Shown: positions 26,672 through 39,331 of the stretch, one piece after another
Position numbering within the stretch: position 1 is the first letter of the stretch
Layout of the letters: every line of letters starts with the position of its first letter
Assembly (NCBI GenBank): GCA_964016885.1
Contig: OZ024753.1
Location: forward strand, 27,962,001-28,026,000
Origin: Eledone cirrhosa
Lineage: Eukaryota
DNA: 64,000 bases
Direction: 5' to 3'
Program-made: the position numbers and the translations under genes
The notes under the pieces: model-generated
Database searches by the model: none
What the model saw: the letters and a program-made list of their open reading frames with translations, nothing else
Told to the model about the DNA's origin: nothing

Positions 26672-26730
26672 GAATTTACCTCCCAAAACTGGTCGATTGA
26701 GGACTGGCAGTACAAGACCTTTGGGATCAT
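26672..26730 (+). CDS. IFT74: IFT74 exon ((R)NLPPKTGRLRTGSTRPLGS), basic N-terminal region
   Basis: ttattacag| ... |gtaagt; 59 nt, phase 2->1, joins in frame with 27928. Confidence 0.8.
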
Positions 26731-27927
26731 GTAAGTAAAATAATTTTTTCACTTATATTACAAAATGCTTGTATTTTACATTGATATTGAAAAGTGGTGG
26801 TATAGGCGTCACGACAAAAAGCACCCAGCACACACTGTAAATATGGTTACACACACGAAATTATATTGCACACACACACACACACACACGTGTTCATTAT
26901 TGTGTATGTACGAGGGAGTAGTGGCTAACATATACAGAACGATGTCGATTTCCAAATGTCTAGTTTTCCAATGGGAGTTATTTCCCCTTCCTAGTACAAC
27001 AAATCTATCTTGGAAATCAGATCTGATGAAAGAAATAAGCAAATAAGCAAATAAGCTTTTAAAACTTGCTTTTAAAGTTTATTTTACCGGTAAATATAAA
27101 TAGTGTTAGTGTTGGGTTTAGGTTAGGGTTTAAATTGTCTAAATAATTGGTGGTGAAAATAAATAAACTTCTACATTAAACCTGTGTGTTGTTATTTTTA
27201 ACATTACCTGCCTTCATAATATTGGTTTCTGATTTAGGCACAAGGCCAACAATTTTGGGAGAAGTCAATTAAATCGATTTTGGTCGTCTTTCGGCAGCTA
27301 CTACTAACATGGGCCATACACTACAGTTTCTCCCTAACTTAGACTTGTTCCTCTTCTATATGACTTGACTTCAGATCTATATCACCTAACTTAGTTGTTA
27401 GGTGATATTCAGCTCATATTTGTATGGCTGGGAGTTTAATTCATATCTTCATCATCACCGTTTTTCTATTCCGTGTTTCCATTCTTGCATGGGTTAGCTG
27501 GGTTATCATGTTTTGAGGCTAGACAGGTCAGATAACCATGTCTTTCTCATATTTTCTATTATTGGCTTAGTTTTCTATGGCTGGATACCCTTCTTAATGT
27601 CAACCTGTTTAAAGCTTGTACTGGGAGTTTTTTTCGTGGCATCAACACTACCACCTTACAAAGTGGATTGGGTGCTTTTTATTATGGCACTAGTATGATC
27701 ACCTTACAGGGCAGATTGGGTGCTTTTCTTACTAGAAATAGAAAAGATTATGTACATATATACTGTTGAAGAGATTAGCCCTGTGTTCTTATTAGCATAT
27801 CACACATTTGTTAGAGTATTTGATTGACCCTGGGGATATATAGTGTATGTTTTGCTGTCCTGATTTCTGTTATGTATATAAACCGTCTTGCTCAAATAAC
27901 TGATGTGCTCTTTATTCTTTTTTCAAG

Positions 27928-27974
27928 CTTCTGGGAAGCAGCCAGGTACAGCCACACGACTGACTACAGCAATG
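27928..27974 (+). CDS. IFT74: IFT74 exon ((S)SGKQPGTATRLTTAM)
   Basis: tttcaag| ... |gtttgt; 47 nt, phase 1->0; resembles the PGTA/TAM motifs of the IFT74 N-terminus. Confidence 0.8.
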
Positions 27975-28194
27975 GTTTGTATTGTTCTAATACCCTGTTC
28001 TTCTATATCTACCCTCCCCAGCTCTTTGACTGCAGAATTTACCCTGATATAAATGTAGAGGGGGTAAAATATCTACCCTCTTCTTCTGCTGTATCTACCC
28101 TTCCTAGTTCTTCTGTTGCAATATCTAGAGTAGTAGTAGAGGAGGTAAAATATGTACCCTGTTCTTCTGCTATATTTACATTCCCTAGCTCTTC

Positions 28195-28450
28195 TACTGC
28201 AGCATCAGTTGTTAGCTGTCGGGACACTGCACTCTTCAAAATTTCCATGCTTCCCGAAATTCACCAACATTACACCTGATATTCCCCTCCACACATATTC
28301 CCTCATGATATACACACAGATACGCATGTATCTGTGTGTATATCATGACTCATACACTATTCACTTTTCTGACGTTTGTATATTACTTTATGTACTATAT
28401 ATGCACCTTTGATAAGTTGTAGTGCAGCTTAGCACTGTACACAATAATTT
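28195..28450 (+). mobile_element. 3' end of a CR1/Jockey-like LINE (second copy 35892-36112)
   Basis: Shared peptide end VSCRDTxxFxxSxLPxIxxHYT* and shared 3'UTR ending GTACACAATAATTT; clade assignment tentative. Confidence 0.55.
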
Positions 28451-29952
28451 TTGTTCATTATTATGATGTGTGTATGTTTCTGTCCACTAAATTTCACGCC
28501 AAAATTATTGTCCTGAAGGAAAAGTGTTGTGTCCAGAAAGACATTCACACACCTTCTGAGACCAGAACATTACATTTTATCTTTCCTGGATCAATAAAAT
28601 TAAATACCAGTCAGATCTTTGGGTCAATCTTAATCACCAACATCTCTTCCCAAAACTTACAGCCTTCTGACTGATTTATAAATCAATATAATTATTGATT
28701 AATTAGTGTCCCTGCTAGACAAGTAGTCTACTAATCTGTTTATATTAACACCAACATTTCATTAATACTGCATCTATCTATCATTATCATCATCCTTTAA
28801 CGTCCACTTTCCAAGCTAGCATGGGTTAGACAGATTCTCCCATTAGAGGCAAGTTGGGTTAGGTGACCATGTCTTGCTTATATAGAACTGTTTCTGGCTA
28901 GGTTTCTACAGTTGGATGCCCTTCCTAACACCAACCACATTTACAGTGAGTGCTGGGTGCTTTTTGTCGTGATTCCTACATGATAGTAACTTTGATGATA
29001 ATGATGATATGACGGTGATGGTGGTGGTAGTGGCAGCAGTAATGGTGGAGGTAGTTTTGGAATAACTATAGATTATGATGATGATGGAGGCAATGGTTTT
29101 GGTGTTAGTGGTAGTGGTGGTGGTGATGGTGGTACTGTAGTTGATGACAATGGTGGTGGTGGTGATGATGATGGTTTTGATGGTACTACAGCTAATGATG
29201 ACAATGGTGGTAGTTTTGGTGGTGGTCGTGATAGTTTTGATAGTACTGCAACTGATTATGACTATGGCAGTTGTGGTGGTAGTGTTGGTGACAGTGGTGG
29301 TTTTGATGGCAATGGTGATTGTGATAGGGACAATGGTGGTGTTGGTGGTAGTGGTGGTGGGCTGGTGGTGATTTTAATGATTCTGCAGCTGATGATGGTG
29401 ATGGCGGTGGTGGTAATGGTGGCGGTTTTGGTGGTACAGCAGCTGATGATGACAATGGTGGCAGCAGTGGTGATGGCGGTGTTAATAAAGACAGTGATTG
29501 CAAAAGTAATGATAATTATGATCATGATGCTAACGATGATGAAATATCAACAAGATAGAGCATGTTATGTTGTTCAACATAGCACTGCTTCTTATACTGA
29601 GCGATCATGACATGGCCTAAAAGACACTCCAACGATGGCCACCAATTCCATCTGTGGCACCAAACAACAAACCAACCATCTTTCAGTCGCAGTTATGTCC
29701 GACATCTTTGGGTGGCTAAATCTGCATTTTTTAAAAATACAATCTGTGTGTGAATGAGAGAGAGAGAGTACAAGTATTTACACACACACAAACCCACACA
29801 TATATATATTTATATATATAACATATGTGTGTGTGTATGTACATATGTATATATATATGTGTGTCTGTGTATGTATATATATTTATGTGTGTGCATCATC
29901 ATCATCATCATCATCCTCGTTTAACGTCCACTTTCCACGCTAGCATGGGTTA

Positions 29953-30009
<57 letters not shown>

Positions 30010-30151
30010 GTGTATATAATATATATATATATATATATGGTATATTTGTATGTATGTACATATGTCTGTTTATATGTGTGACCTGGCTACCTTCATAACA
30101 TGACAAGCATGCAAGCATGGAAAATAGTTGATATATATGGTGATGATAATG

Positions 30152-30194
<43 letters not shown>

Positions 30195-30774
30195 ATTAAA
30201 TTATATTGATATATAAAAATATCAACTCATTGACCATATATATATATAAATGTGTGTATATGTATGTGTGTGCATATATATTTGTGTGCATATGTAAATA
30301 TATGTATATATATATATATATATGTGTATATATATATGTGTGTGTATATGTATGTGTGTATATATATATGTATATGTATATGTGTGTATATATATATATG
30401 CATGTGTGTGTGTATATATGTCTATATATATATATATACGTGGTTCTGTCTTTGCGCGTAATTGTTTTTCACCGCTCCTATTAATGACGTATTATTCGTT
30501 TTTTTCCGTTCTTCGCCAGCGAACGTTTCCACGAACCAAAGTATCGTCTTCCTGTCTTCCTCTGGTTGCAACGTTTTTTGAAATATCCAGTTCTGCGTTT
30601 ACAGATTGACTTTGTTAGTTTCAGAAGATCCCGTTAAGGGTGAAAGCAGCGATTCTTTGCTTAAACTTTAATCTGTTATTTTAATAAATATTTGCTCTAC
30701 GGTTCTTATATATTTGATATATATTTATCCTTATCGAGCCCTCTTTGGATTTTAGTCTTCAAATTTATTATTAT

Positions 30775-30826
<52 letters not shown>

Positions 30827-31219
30827 TCATCATCATTTCATGATATATATATATATTTATGTATATGTATATATATATATATGTGTGTATGTATGTGTGT
30901 GTCTAGTTACTAATACTCATATAGTATTGGTTGGTTGTCGTGTTAAAATTCTCCAGTTGCTATATTAATCAATATAATCTATCTGTAATTGATTGAAAAT
31001 GTTGTAGTATTATTGTTATTTGGGACATATATTTATAGAAATTTGTTTCATTTAATTTCAGTTTAATAAATATTTTTACTTTGAAAATTAGTTGCCATTT
31101 CATTATTTTGTATATACACTATGAGATTTTGAAATAAGTAATAATTATAATAATTTTCCTCTGTAAGAGAGGTGAAAAGTTTATTCCTAATATTGCCTGT
31201 CATATGACCTGTAACTATA

Positions 31220-31270
<51 letters not shown>

Positions 31271-31277
<7 letters not shown>

Positions 31278-31692
31278 AAAAGATGGTTAAAAGAGTTCCA
31301 AGTATTTTATTATGCGCATTTCAAAAACAAATATCATCATGGGATGATATTTGCGTTCTCATCAGATAAAATAGGGAGACATAATGTGAAGCTTAAAAAA
31401 CACTTGCGAGCAGTGAAGTGTAAAATCAACATATCTGTATATGTTGATTTTTACACTTCACTGCTCGCAAGTGTTTTTTAAGCTTCATATTATGTCTCCC
31501 TATTTTATCTGATGAGAACGCAAATATCATCCCATGATGATATTTGTTTTTGAAATGCGCATAATAAAATACTTGGAACTCTTTTAACCATCTTTTGATC
31601 TTATATTATTTATACTCCAGTCCTATAAACTGTGGAGTGCTACTTATCCGATATTTTCATTGTTTTATTGTGCTACAATAAAACTCACCTCC
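31271..31692 (+). mobile_element. Fold-back hammerhead element in an IFT74 intron
   Basis: ~160-bp inverted arms (31275-31434 / 31439-31599), 4-nt loop, unique tail, (TA)n on both sides. Confidence 0.8.
31501..31571 (+). ncRNA. Type I hammerhead ribozyme
   Basis: TATTTTAT-CTGATGA-GAACGCAAATATCATC.CCAT.GATGATATTTGTTTTT-GAAA-TGCGCAT-A-ATAAAATA; an inverted copy lies on the minus strand at ~31300-31375. Confidence 0.88.
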
Positions 31693-31744
31693 TATATATA
31701 TATATATATATATATATACACAAGCATGGAAAAGGATGATGACA

Positions 31745-31945
31745 TCCAGAGTTGACATTGCACTCAGTGCTCCTGTGGGAGCCCCTACATGGACACACTG
31801 GAAGAGGAAGACCAAGGTTAACATATGTTGATGCCCTAAGGACAGACACTGGTCTGTTGGAGACGCAGGACATGGCAGCGATAATGAGGGACAGAGACCG
31901 CTGGAGAGAACTTGTCCATGGATCTCGGGAATTTTACCCGCCCTA
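31745..31945 (+). mobile_element. 3' fragment of a divergent RTE-like LINE
   Basis: VLLWEPLHGHTGRGRPRLTYVDAL...MRDRDRWR, a typical RTE C-terminus. Confidence 0.75.
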
Positions 31946-32090
31946 TAATATATATATGCATCGAAAAGGAACTAACTGTTGAAACGGGAACAGCTCAGCC
32001 GTCGGGGTCCTGACTCTTTTATATAACCATACTCTACTACCTGAAGTATTGAATACTCTTGTCTAACGAGTTTCTTACTGTTTCCATCTT

Positions 32091-32123
<33 letters not shown>

Positions 32124-32256
32124 TATCAATGCATGTATGTTCTGTATCACAGCCAAGGTTATTTAATAATCAGGGATATGCTGAATTTTAGTTTTGTCTA
32201 AGTAATTATTTGCTATTTTGATGTATTCTTCATATGTCTTCCTTTTTTTCCTACAG

Positions 32257-32314
32257 AACCCAAGTATGTCTCGAAGTGGTGGTCGTATTGGGAACCATTC
32301 ACTCGCTGGAGGAG
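32257..32314 (+). CDS. IFT74: IFT74 exon (NPSMSRSGGRIGNHSLAGG)
   Basis: ttcctacag| ... |gtcagt; 58 nt, phase 0->1. Confidence 0.82.
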
Positions 32315-33436
32315 GTCAGTCTACAATACTTTTATTACAACCTACTTTATTCTCTTTGAAATCTTTTCAGTCAATTACAATTATTATTATTGTTTATCGG
32401 TAGAGGGTCGGGCGCCATGCTTTGAAGCATAGAGTTACCTCCCTTTATGATCTGAGTTCAAATCCTGCCGAGATTAACTTTGCCTTTCATCCTTACGAGG
32501 TCGATAAAATAAAGTACCAGTAATACACTGGTTAATTGCTGGCCTTGTGCCAAAAGTAGAAACAATTACTGTTATTGCAAGCAAAACCGCCAACATTCAG
32601 GTGTTTTTCTTCTAGTTTTATATAACATACATATCTTTATCTACATCGTTATCATCAAACATCTATTTTCCCTGCTACAAGGGTTGGACAGATTGTCACA
32701 GACTGAATCAGTACTCATGTTGAGCTCCTTATTTCTCAGATGGGTCAGAGGCCTTCATCTTGCTTACATACATCGAGGTGATCAGCACTGGGAATACAAA
32801 ATGCTGACAGGAGTGAAAATAAACCAGGAAAAATTAGGTAGGCCTGCAGCTCGGCACATGGAGAGGTAGGTCCATGCCATCTAACAGCATCATATGGTGC
32901 TAGACAAACGGACCAGTTAAATTGCTTGGGGTCTAGTTTTATTAGGAGCAATAGATAGGCAGTCATCAGAGCATCAGGCAAATGCTTATTAGTATTTATT
33001 ACATCAAACTCTGTTGCGGTCAACTTTGCTTTACATCCTTACAGGTTTAAAATGATAATAATACTGAAATTATTGTGTACAGTGCTCAGGTGCAATGTAC
33101 TGGGGTCTATTTAATCGACTTTCCTCTCATCCAAAATTGTTGGTCTTGTGTCTAAATCAGAAATCATTTTCATTATTATTATCATCATCAAAGGCGGTGG
33201 ATTGGCAGTATCGGTAGAGGGTCAGATACCATGCTTTGTAGCATTGAGTTACGGCCCCTGCCATTTTGAGTTCAAATCCCACCGAGGTTAACTTTGCCTT
33301 TCATCCTTACAGGGTCGATAAAATAAAGTACACTGGGTAATTGCTGGCCTTGTGCCAAAAGTAGAAACAATTATTATTATCATCATCATCATAACAGTAA
33401 CTATGTAACTCACATCCCTCTCTCTCTATTTAATAG

Positions 33437-33514
33437 CTCTGAATGCTCAACTGACAGTTGTTGACCGACCAACCACTCAGCAAGGATTAGGAACCATGAA
33501 AACTGGGTTTAGAG
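33437..33514 (+). CDS. IFT74: IFT74 exon ((A)LNAQLTVVDRPTTQQGLGTMKTGFR)
   Basis: taatag| ... |gtacgt; matches the IFT74 signature RPxTQQGLxxMKTG (human RPVTQQGLTGMKTG, recalled). Confidence 0.95.
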
Positions 33515-34160
33515 GTACGTATTCCAAGTTGTTCATCTGTTATTTACCAAATATGGATCTGAGGTGAAGGGTGGCAAAAAAACTCTTACCCAAGGAACTC
33601 TTACTAGTTCCATTCAGAGAGGTTTTTTTACCACTCTCTTCCACTCTATTTTAATCAACATTTTTGCCTTTATACTCCCCACCACCACTTTTGATTCATC
33701 ATGATCATCATGATCTGTAATAAACAGTTGCCATTGTGGTCGTGGTGGTAGTGCTGCAGTTGCTGCCTCCTCCTCCTCCTCTTTAAAATTTACCAACACA
33801 ATCATACTCTCACACACACCATACATATCCTATCTCAATCATGTTACTACAATAAGTTCACTTCCCAGTCACAAGGTCTTGGGTTCTAACCCTACATTTG
33901 TCCCTGTAAATAGTCATTCCTTCAAAGCTACTTTTACATGTAATCCTGTATGTCATTTGTACATATATGCTGAACATTTATATAATTATATCCTAGAAAT
34001 AAATTATCAAAATATTCATATCTTTAATCAAATGTACATGTCAATAATCAACATAAACTATAGGCTTTCTCTTATGTAAATTATGAACATATATCAAAAT
34101 GTAATTTCTCCAGTTTTATTTATGGCACACCATTTATTTATTTATGCATGAAAGAATTAA

Positions 34161-34369
34161 CCCTTTTGTATTTATATTACTCTATATATACTATTGTATT
34201 TTTGTGGTAAAAAGCTTTATCTCACACAATATTGAATCTATGAGATTTTGATATTATTTATTTTGAGAACAATACCTTAACATCAGTATTAGTGGCCAGT
34301 TATGGCTGGTTTGAACAGAATGAGGTGAGAGAATTCTGGCCAGATATGGATTGTTTAAATGCTAAAGGG
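34161..34369. mobile_element. piggyBac-like MITE (related partial copy at ~15787-15975, opposite orientation)
   Basis: TTAA|CCCTTT ... AAAGGG|TTAA termini. Confidence 0.7.
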
Positions 34370-34445
34370 TTAATGACTCAATGAATGAAAGAAAGAAAAA
34401 GAAAGTAAGAACTAAAATGTGTTCTTCTGTTTTGTCAACCCTCAG

Positions 34446-34494
34446 GTCCACAGAGGCAGGTGCAAGACCGAACCTACTATCTTGGGTTAATAAG
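34446..34494 (+). CDS. IFT74: IFT74 exon ((G)PQRQVQDRTYYLGLI(R))
   Basis: ctcag| ... |gtgaga; 49 nt; matches human GPQRQILDKSYYLGLLR. Confidence 0.95.
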
Positions 34495-34782
34495 GTGAGA
34501 AAATATTTCTAGTTTCACACTAACTAAACTGCTTCTGTGAGGTGTAGCATGAAGAGGTAAGAGGTAAGGAATTGGTAGTCACCCCTGGGGCACATGTGTG
34601 AAGAGACAAAATTTCTTTTGACCTCTCATACCAGTTAATTAATCTTTTCATTACCATATTACCAATGAAAAACTGCCGATGGTTTTCAAATAATCCTTAG
34701 GATAATCAAGAATTTCAAGGGATTTAGTAATATAATTAATTTTGTCATTATTAAACTGGTGTTTGGAACATAACCTAATAAT

Positions 34783-34975
34783 GGTTTCTGATTTAAGCAC
34801 AAGGCCAACAATTTTATGGAGGGGAAGTCAATTAAATCAACCCTAGTGCATTACTGGTGCTTTATTTCATCGACCCTGTAAGGATGAAAGGCAAAGCTAA
34901 CCTCGGCGGGATTTGAACTCAGAACGTGAAGGGCCGTAACTCTATGCCGTGAAGCATGTTGTCCGATGCTCTATC
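34783..34975 (-). mobile_element. Family-1 SINE abutting the 36-bp minisatellite
   Basis: Same consensus; its 5' end runs into the array. Confidence 0.8.
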
Positions 34976-35028
34976 AGTAGTGTAGAAACATATATAAGCA
35001 AGATGCAGAGCACTCTGTAGAGTGGGGA

Positions 35029-35496
35029 CATATGTAAGATGCTGAATACTATGTAGAGTGAGGACATATGTAAGATGCTGAATACTATGTAGAGTGAGGA
35101 CATATGTAAGATGCTGAATACTATGTAGAGTGAGGACATATGTAAGATGCTGAATACTATGTAGAGTGAGGACATATGTAAGATGCTGAATACTATGTAG
35201 AGTGAGGACATATGTAAGATGCTGAATACTATGTAGAGTGAGGACATATGTAAGATGCTGAATACTATGTAGAGTGAGGACATATGTAAGATGCTGAATA
35301 CTATGTAGAGTGAGGACATATGTAAGATGCTGAATACTATGTAGAGTGAGGACATATGTAAGATGCTGAATACTATGTAGAGTGAGGACATATGTAAGAT
35401 GCTGAATACTATGTAGAGTGAGGACATATGTAAGATGCTGAATACTATGTAGAGTGAGGACATATGTAAGATGCTGAATACTATGTAGAGTGAGGA
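35029..35496. repeat. 36-bp minisatellite, 13 identical units plus degenerate flanks
   Basis: CATATGTAAGATGCTGAATACTATGTAGAGTGAGGA at 36-bp period. Confidence 0.97.
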
Positions 35497-35758
35497 CATA
35501 TGTAAGCAAGATGCTGGGCACTCTGTAGTGTGCGGAAAGATATGTAAGCAAGATGCTGGTGCCTACCCTATCCAAGAGATCAGTAGAACCCAGCCAACCT
35601 TTGCTAGAAGGGAGCATGGATGTTAAATGATAAATAGTAGGGAAGATACTTGTTATTGTAGTTGTTTTTCTTCTTCACCCTTTACTTTCCCATTTTGTTG
35701 TCTGACACACCACTTGTAATGTCACCACATTCAGATTAAGAATGTTTGTCTGTTCCAG

Positions 35759-35857
35759 AGCAAAGAATAACGAACTATCTGTTGAGATTAACAAACTAAA
35801 AAAAGAAGTTGATGTCATTGCTGAAGAGAATTCCAGTTACCTTGCATATGAGAAAAG
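35759..35857 (+). CDS. IFT74: IFT74 exon (AKNNELSVEINKLKKEVDVIAEENSSYLAYEK(R))
   Basis: ttccag| ... |gtattt; 99 nt; matches human ...ENSVYLSYEKR. Confidence 0.95.
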
Positions 35858-36246
35858 GTATTTTAAAACAACATATGACGATTATGGATTTGTTAGCTGT
35901 CGGGACACTACATCCTTCCAAACTTCTATACTTCCCAAAATTCGCCGACACTACACCTGATATTCCCCCTCCATATACATGTACGCATGTATCTGTGTGT
36001 ATATCATGACTCATACACTGTTCACTTTCCTGACATTTGTACATTATTCTATGTACTATACATGCACCTTTGATGAGTTGTAGTGCACCTGAGCACTGTA
36101 CACAATAATTTTCATAATAATTATTATTATTATTATTGTTGTTGTTATCTATCTGTCTATCTACCCATTCATCTGTCTATCTACCCATTCATCCGTCTAT
36201 CTACCCATCCATCTGTCTGTCTGACTTATGTATATATATGTATATA

Positions 36247-36839
36247 TACGGACACGTGATGCGCATGAAAGTCTATAGCTGTATAACAAAATGCAGGGCA
36301 ATAAAGATAGACGGTAGCCACGGAATAGGCAGACCTAGAAAATCCTGGGACGAGCTGATAAACTCCGACCTCACACACTTACACCTCTCCAAGACAATGT
36401 CACTGGACCGAGACCTTTGGCGGTACTCAGTAATAGAGAAGACCCGCCTTACCTAAATACATAGTAAAACCTACTACAGCCAGTAGGCATCTCTAACAAA
36501 ATACACCCCCGTCCCACCACCCACACCCCCATCCACACCACCCCCTCCTATGTAAAGTTATGTTGGTGCCACAACATCCAGGCCGAAACAAATGAGATCG
36601 TGTAGGTGTCACGACAAAAAAACACACAGTCCACGCTGTAATGTGGCCGTGTAGGCAACACGGTAAAAACCTCCCAGATCCACACTGTAAATGTGGTTGG
36701 TGTTAGGAAGGGCATCCAACTGTAGAAAATCTGCCAGACAGTCCTATGCGAGCAAGACAATCACTCTTGCCTCAAGTGGGAATACCCCCGTCCAAACCCA
36801 TGCAAGCGTGGAACACGGACGTTAAACGTTGATGATGAT
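36247..36839 (+). mobile_element. Short 3' fragment of RTE subfamily A
   Basis: YGHVMRMK...EKTRLT*, 3'UTR and GAT tail. Confidence 0.9.
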
Positions 36840-36898
36840 GTATATACATCACTCCTCTAAATGTCAACAAAGAAATTATTCTATTGTATTTGTTGTAG

Positions 36899-36959
36899 AG
36901 CTGAAACTCTGGCTGCAGAAATAAGAGATTTACAAGGAGAACTTGGAGATTACAACACT
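36899..36959 (+). CDS. IFT74: IFT74 exon (AETLAAEIRDLQGELGDYNT)
   Basis: ttgtag| ... |gtgagt; 61 nt; matches human [20 protein letters not shown]. Confidence 0.95.
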
Positions 36960-37244
36960 GTGAGTACATTTCTTTGGTATAACAATATATATTTAGAGTT
37001 ATAAACTGCACTACAGAGAATATATAGAATATCGATAGCTCTGAAGGATCAGGATTTCTTTGTAGTTAAGTCTCATCAAGTTATAGTGCAGTTAGAACCA
37101 TAGATACTGTCTCAGTCCATATTAAGCTCCAGCATGCTATCAGCAACAGTGTACTGAAGCTTAAAATTATATTTTTTTTACTGATATTACATCTCAATCA
37201 CAATTATTTTTGTTTTATGCCTTAATAACGAAGTCAAATATTAT

Positions 37245-37460
37245 ATCACATTGTCAAAGTCACATGTTATTTATGATATCACATTGTCAAAGTCACATCT
37301 TATTTTCACATCTTATTTATGCCATCACATTGTCAAAGTCACATCTTATTTTCACATCTTATTTATGACATCACTTTGTTAAAGTCACATCTTATTTTCA
37401 CATCTTATGACATCACATTGTCATAGTCACATCTTATTTACATCACATTGTCAGTCATAT
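37245..37460. repeat. Degenerate ~30-46 bp tandem repeat
   Basis: ATCACATTGTCAAAGTCACATCTTATT repeated 5-6 times. Confidence 0.85.
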
Positions 37461-37574
37461 ATTTTCTATCTAAGCTATGAAGACTGGTTTTATTGGTGGC
37501 AATAACTAACTCTAATACTTTATCTCACTGTAATCTCTCTCTAATTTACTCTTGTTTTAAATATATTTTTCTAG

Positions 37575-37634
37575 TTGGTTGACAAACTTACAACAGATGA
37601 GGACATACAAGATGTAAATTATGATTATAACGAT
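37575..37634 (+). CDS. IFT74: IFT74 exon (LVDKLTTDEDIQDVNYDYND)
   Basis: ttctag| ... |gtaagt; 60 nt; LVDKL motif. Confidence 0.93.
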
Positions 37635-38154
37635 GTAAGTTGTACTTTTTGTAAACCCTTTGGCTTCTAAAACTCCTGAACTATCTCTAATTCTACAATT
37701 TGAAACTGTTTATCTTGCCTGCTAATGCGAGGGTTAATTTCGTGGGCCCCATGATGAGTTTCAAATTAAGTATGGGATCCCTTTTGGGGCAAAGTTTTAC
37801 AGACAGATGCCCCTACTTCTATGACACACAGGGATATGGTGTGCTTATTCTAAACCAGATACACACAGAAATGATGAGTTTCAAAACCCCACACTATCAC
37901 CACCACACACATCACCACCACACACATCACCACCACACACATCACCACCACACACATCACCACCACACACACCACCACCACACACACCACCACCACACAC
38001 ACCACCACACACCATCACCACCACCATCACCACCACACACCAACACCATCATCACACACCACTATCACTACCACACACCACCACCAACACCATCCCCACC
38101 ACACCACCACCACCACCATCAACCAGTATAAAACTTGTGGTTATATTATTTCAG

Positions 38155-38216
38155 TTGAGAGTTCAAAATGAGAAGGAAATCAAGGACATTGAACGTCTGT
38201 TTGAAGCAACAAAAGA
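38155..38216 (+). CDS. IFT74: IFT74 exon (LRVQNEKEIKDIERLFEATK(E))
   Basis: tttcag| ... |gtaagt; 62 nt, phase 0->2. Confidence 0.92.
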
Positions 38217-38800
38217 GTAAGTATAGAAGTAATAACACATCTAGCCCCTAATCTCACTGATCCCCTTCAATCTCTTCATCTTTCCCAGCTCCTCACCCTC
38301 TCCCTCTTTGCCTTTCTCTCTCCCTCTCTCTCTCCCTTTCTCTCTCCAGGGATATATCCCAATCTTTGTTATCATGCTACACTATGCACCATTCCTAAGA
38401 AGGGCACAACTTCCTTTCCCCCTTTCCCTATTGCACTAATCTCTAGTATCTTAAAGGGATCGTTGGTCCTACATAGCCTACAGATCTATATGTACCCCAC
38501 CACCACCTAGCCTATAGCTCCATATGTACCCCACCCCCACCATCACCTAGCCTGTAGTTCCATATGTACCCCACCACCACTACCCATGTCTTACTCACGA
38601 TGGCACTTCTCACACATGCATCATACACATTTCCTTTCAATAGCGGTCATTCCCCTCCTCATTAGCATGCCACTCAGTTTCTGGAACTTTTTCCTTTCAC
38701 ATTTCATTCTAGCTACTGTGAAATATCAATATAAATATATCATTAACTCTGTACAATATATGTTTAGTAAAAACTTTTTTTTTTTTTTGTGTGTCTGTAG

Positions 38801-38879
38801 AAAAGAGTATCAAATTTCCAAACTTGAGAAGGAACTTTCTGATGAAAAAGAACTTGCAGAAAGTTTGATTAATGATATG
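38801..38879 (+). CDS. IFT74: IFT74 exon (KEYQISKLEKELSDEKELAESLINDM)
   Basis: Poly-T then gtctgtag| ... |gtaaga; 79 nt, phase 2->0; coiled-coil-like. Confidence 0.92.
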
Positions 38880-39208
38880 GTAAGAATCAACTTTATGTTC
38901 TTACAATTTTACTTCATAACACCTACCAAGACAAACCATCAAGAGTTCATACACATTGTAACTTAAATATAGTATCTACATCCTCTTCCTAAACTAAGTC
39001 ACTTCATGGTTAAAAATATCTATACCCTGTCTAAAACATTATATACACTGTAACATAAATGATCACCTCTATACCCATCTAAAACATTATATATACTGTA
39101 ATATAACTTCTCTGTAGCCTGTCTAAAACATTATATATGCTATAGCATAACTTATCTATACCCTTTCTAAAACACTGTAACATAGTTTTTCAATTGTAAA
39201 CATGGCAG

Positions 39209-39331
39209 GATCCAGAATTGAAGAAGAAATATTCCAAAATGAAAGAGATTAACGAGACTTATGTTGATGCAATGGAAAAAAACCAACAAACAATTGATGA
39301 ACTAAACACTAAAATCCAAGTTTTAAAGGAG
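39209..39331 (+). CDS. IFT74: IFT74 exon (DPELKKKYSKMKEINETYVDAMEKNQQTIDELNTKIQVLKE)
   Basis: ggcag| ... |gttggt; 123 nt, phase 0->0. Confidence 0.88.

Noticed and set aside
34919-35617. 232-aa and 185-aa repetitive ORFs; CRISPR-like 36-bp periodicity
   Set aside because: A stop-free frame of a 36-bp minisatellite; units are contiguous with no spacers, there are no cas genes, and the context is a eukaryotic intron
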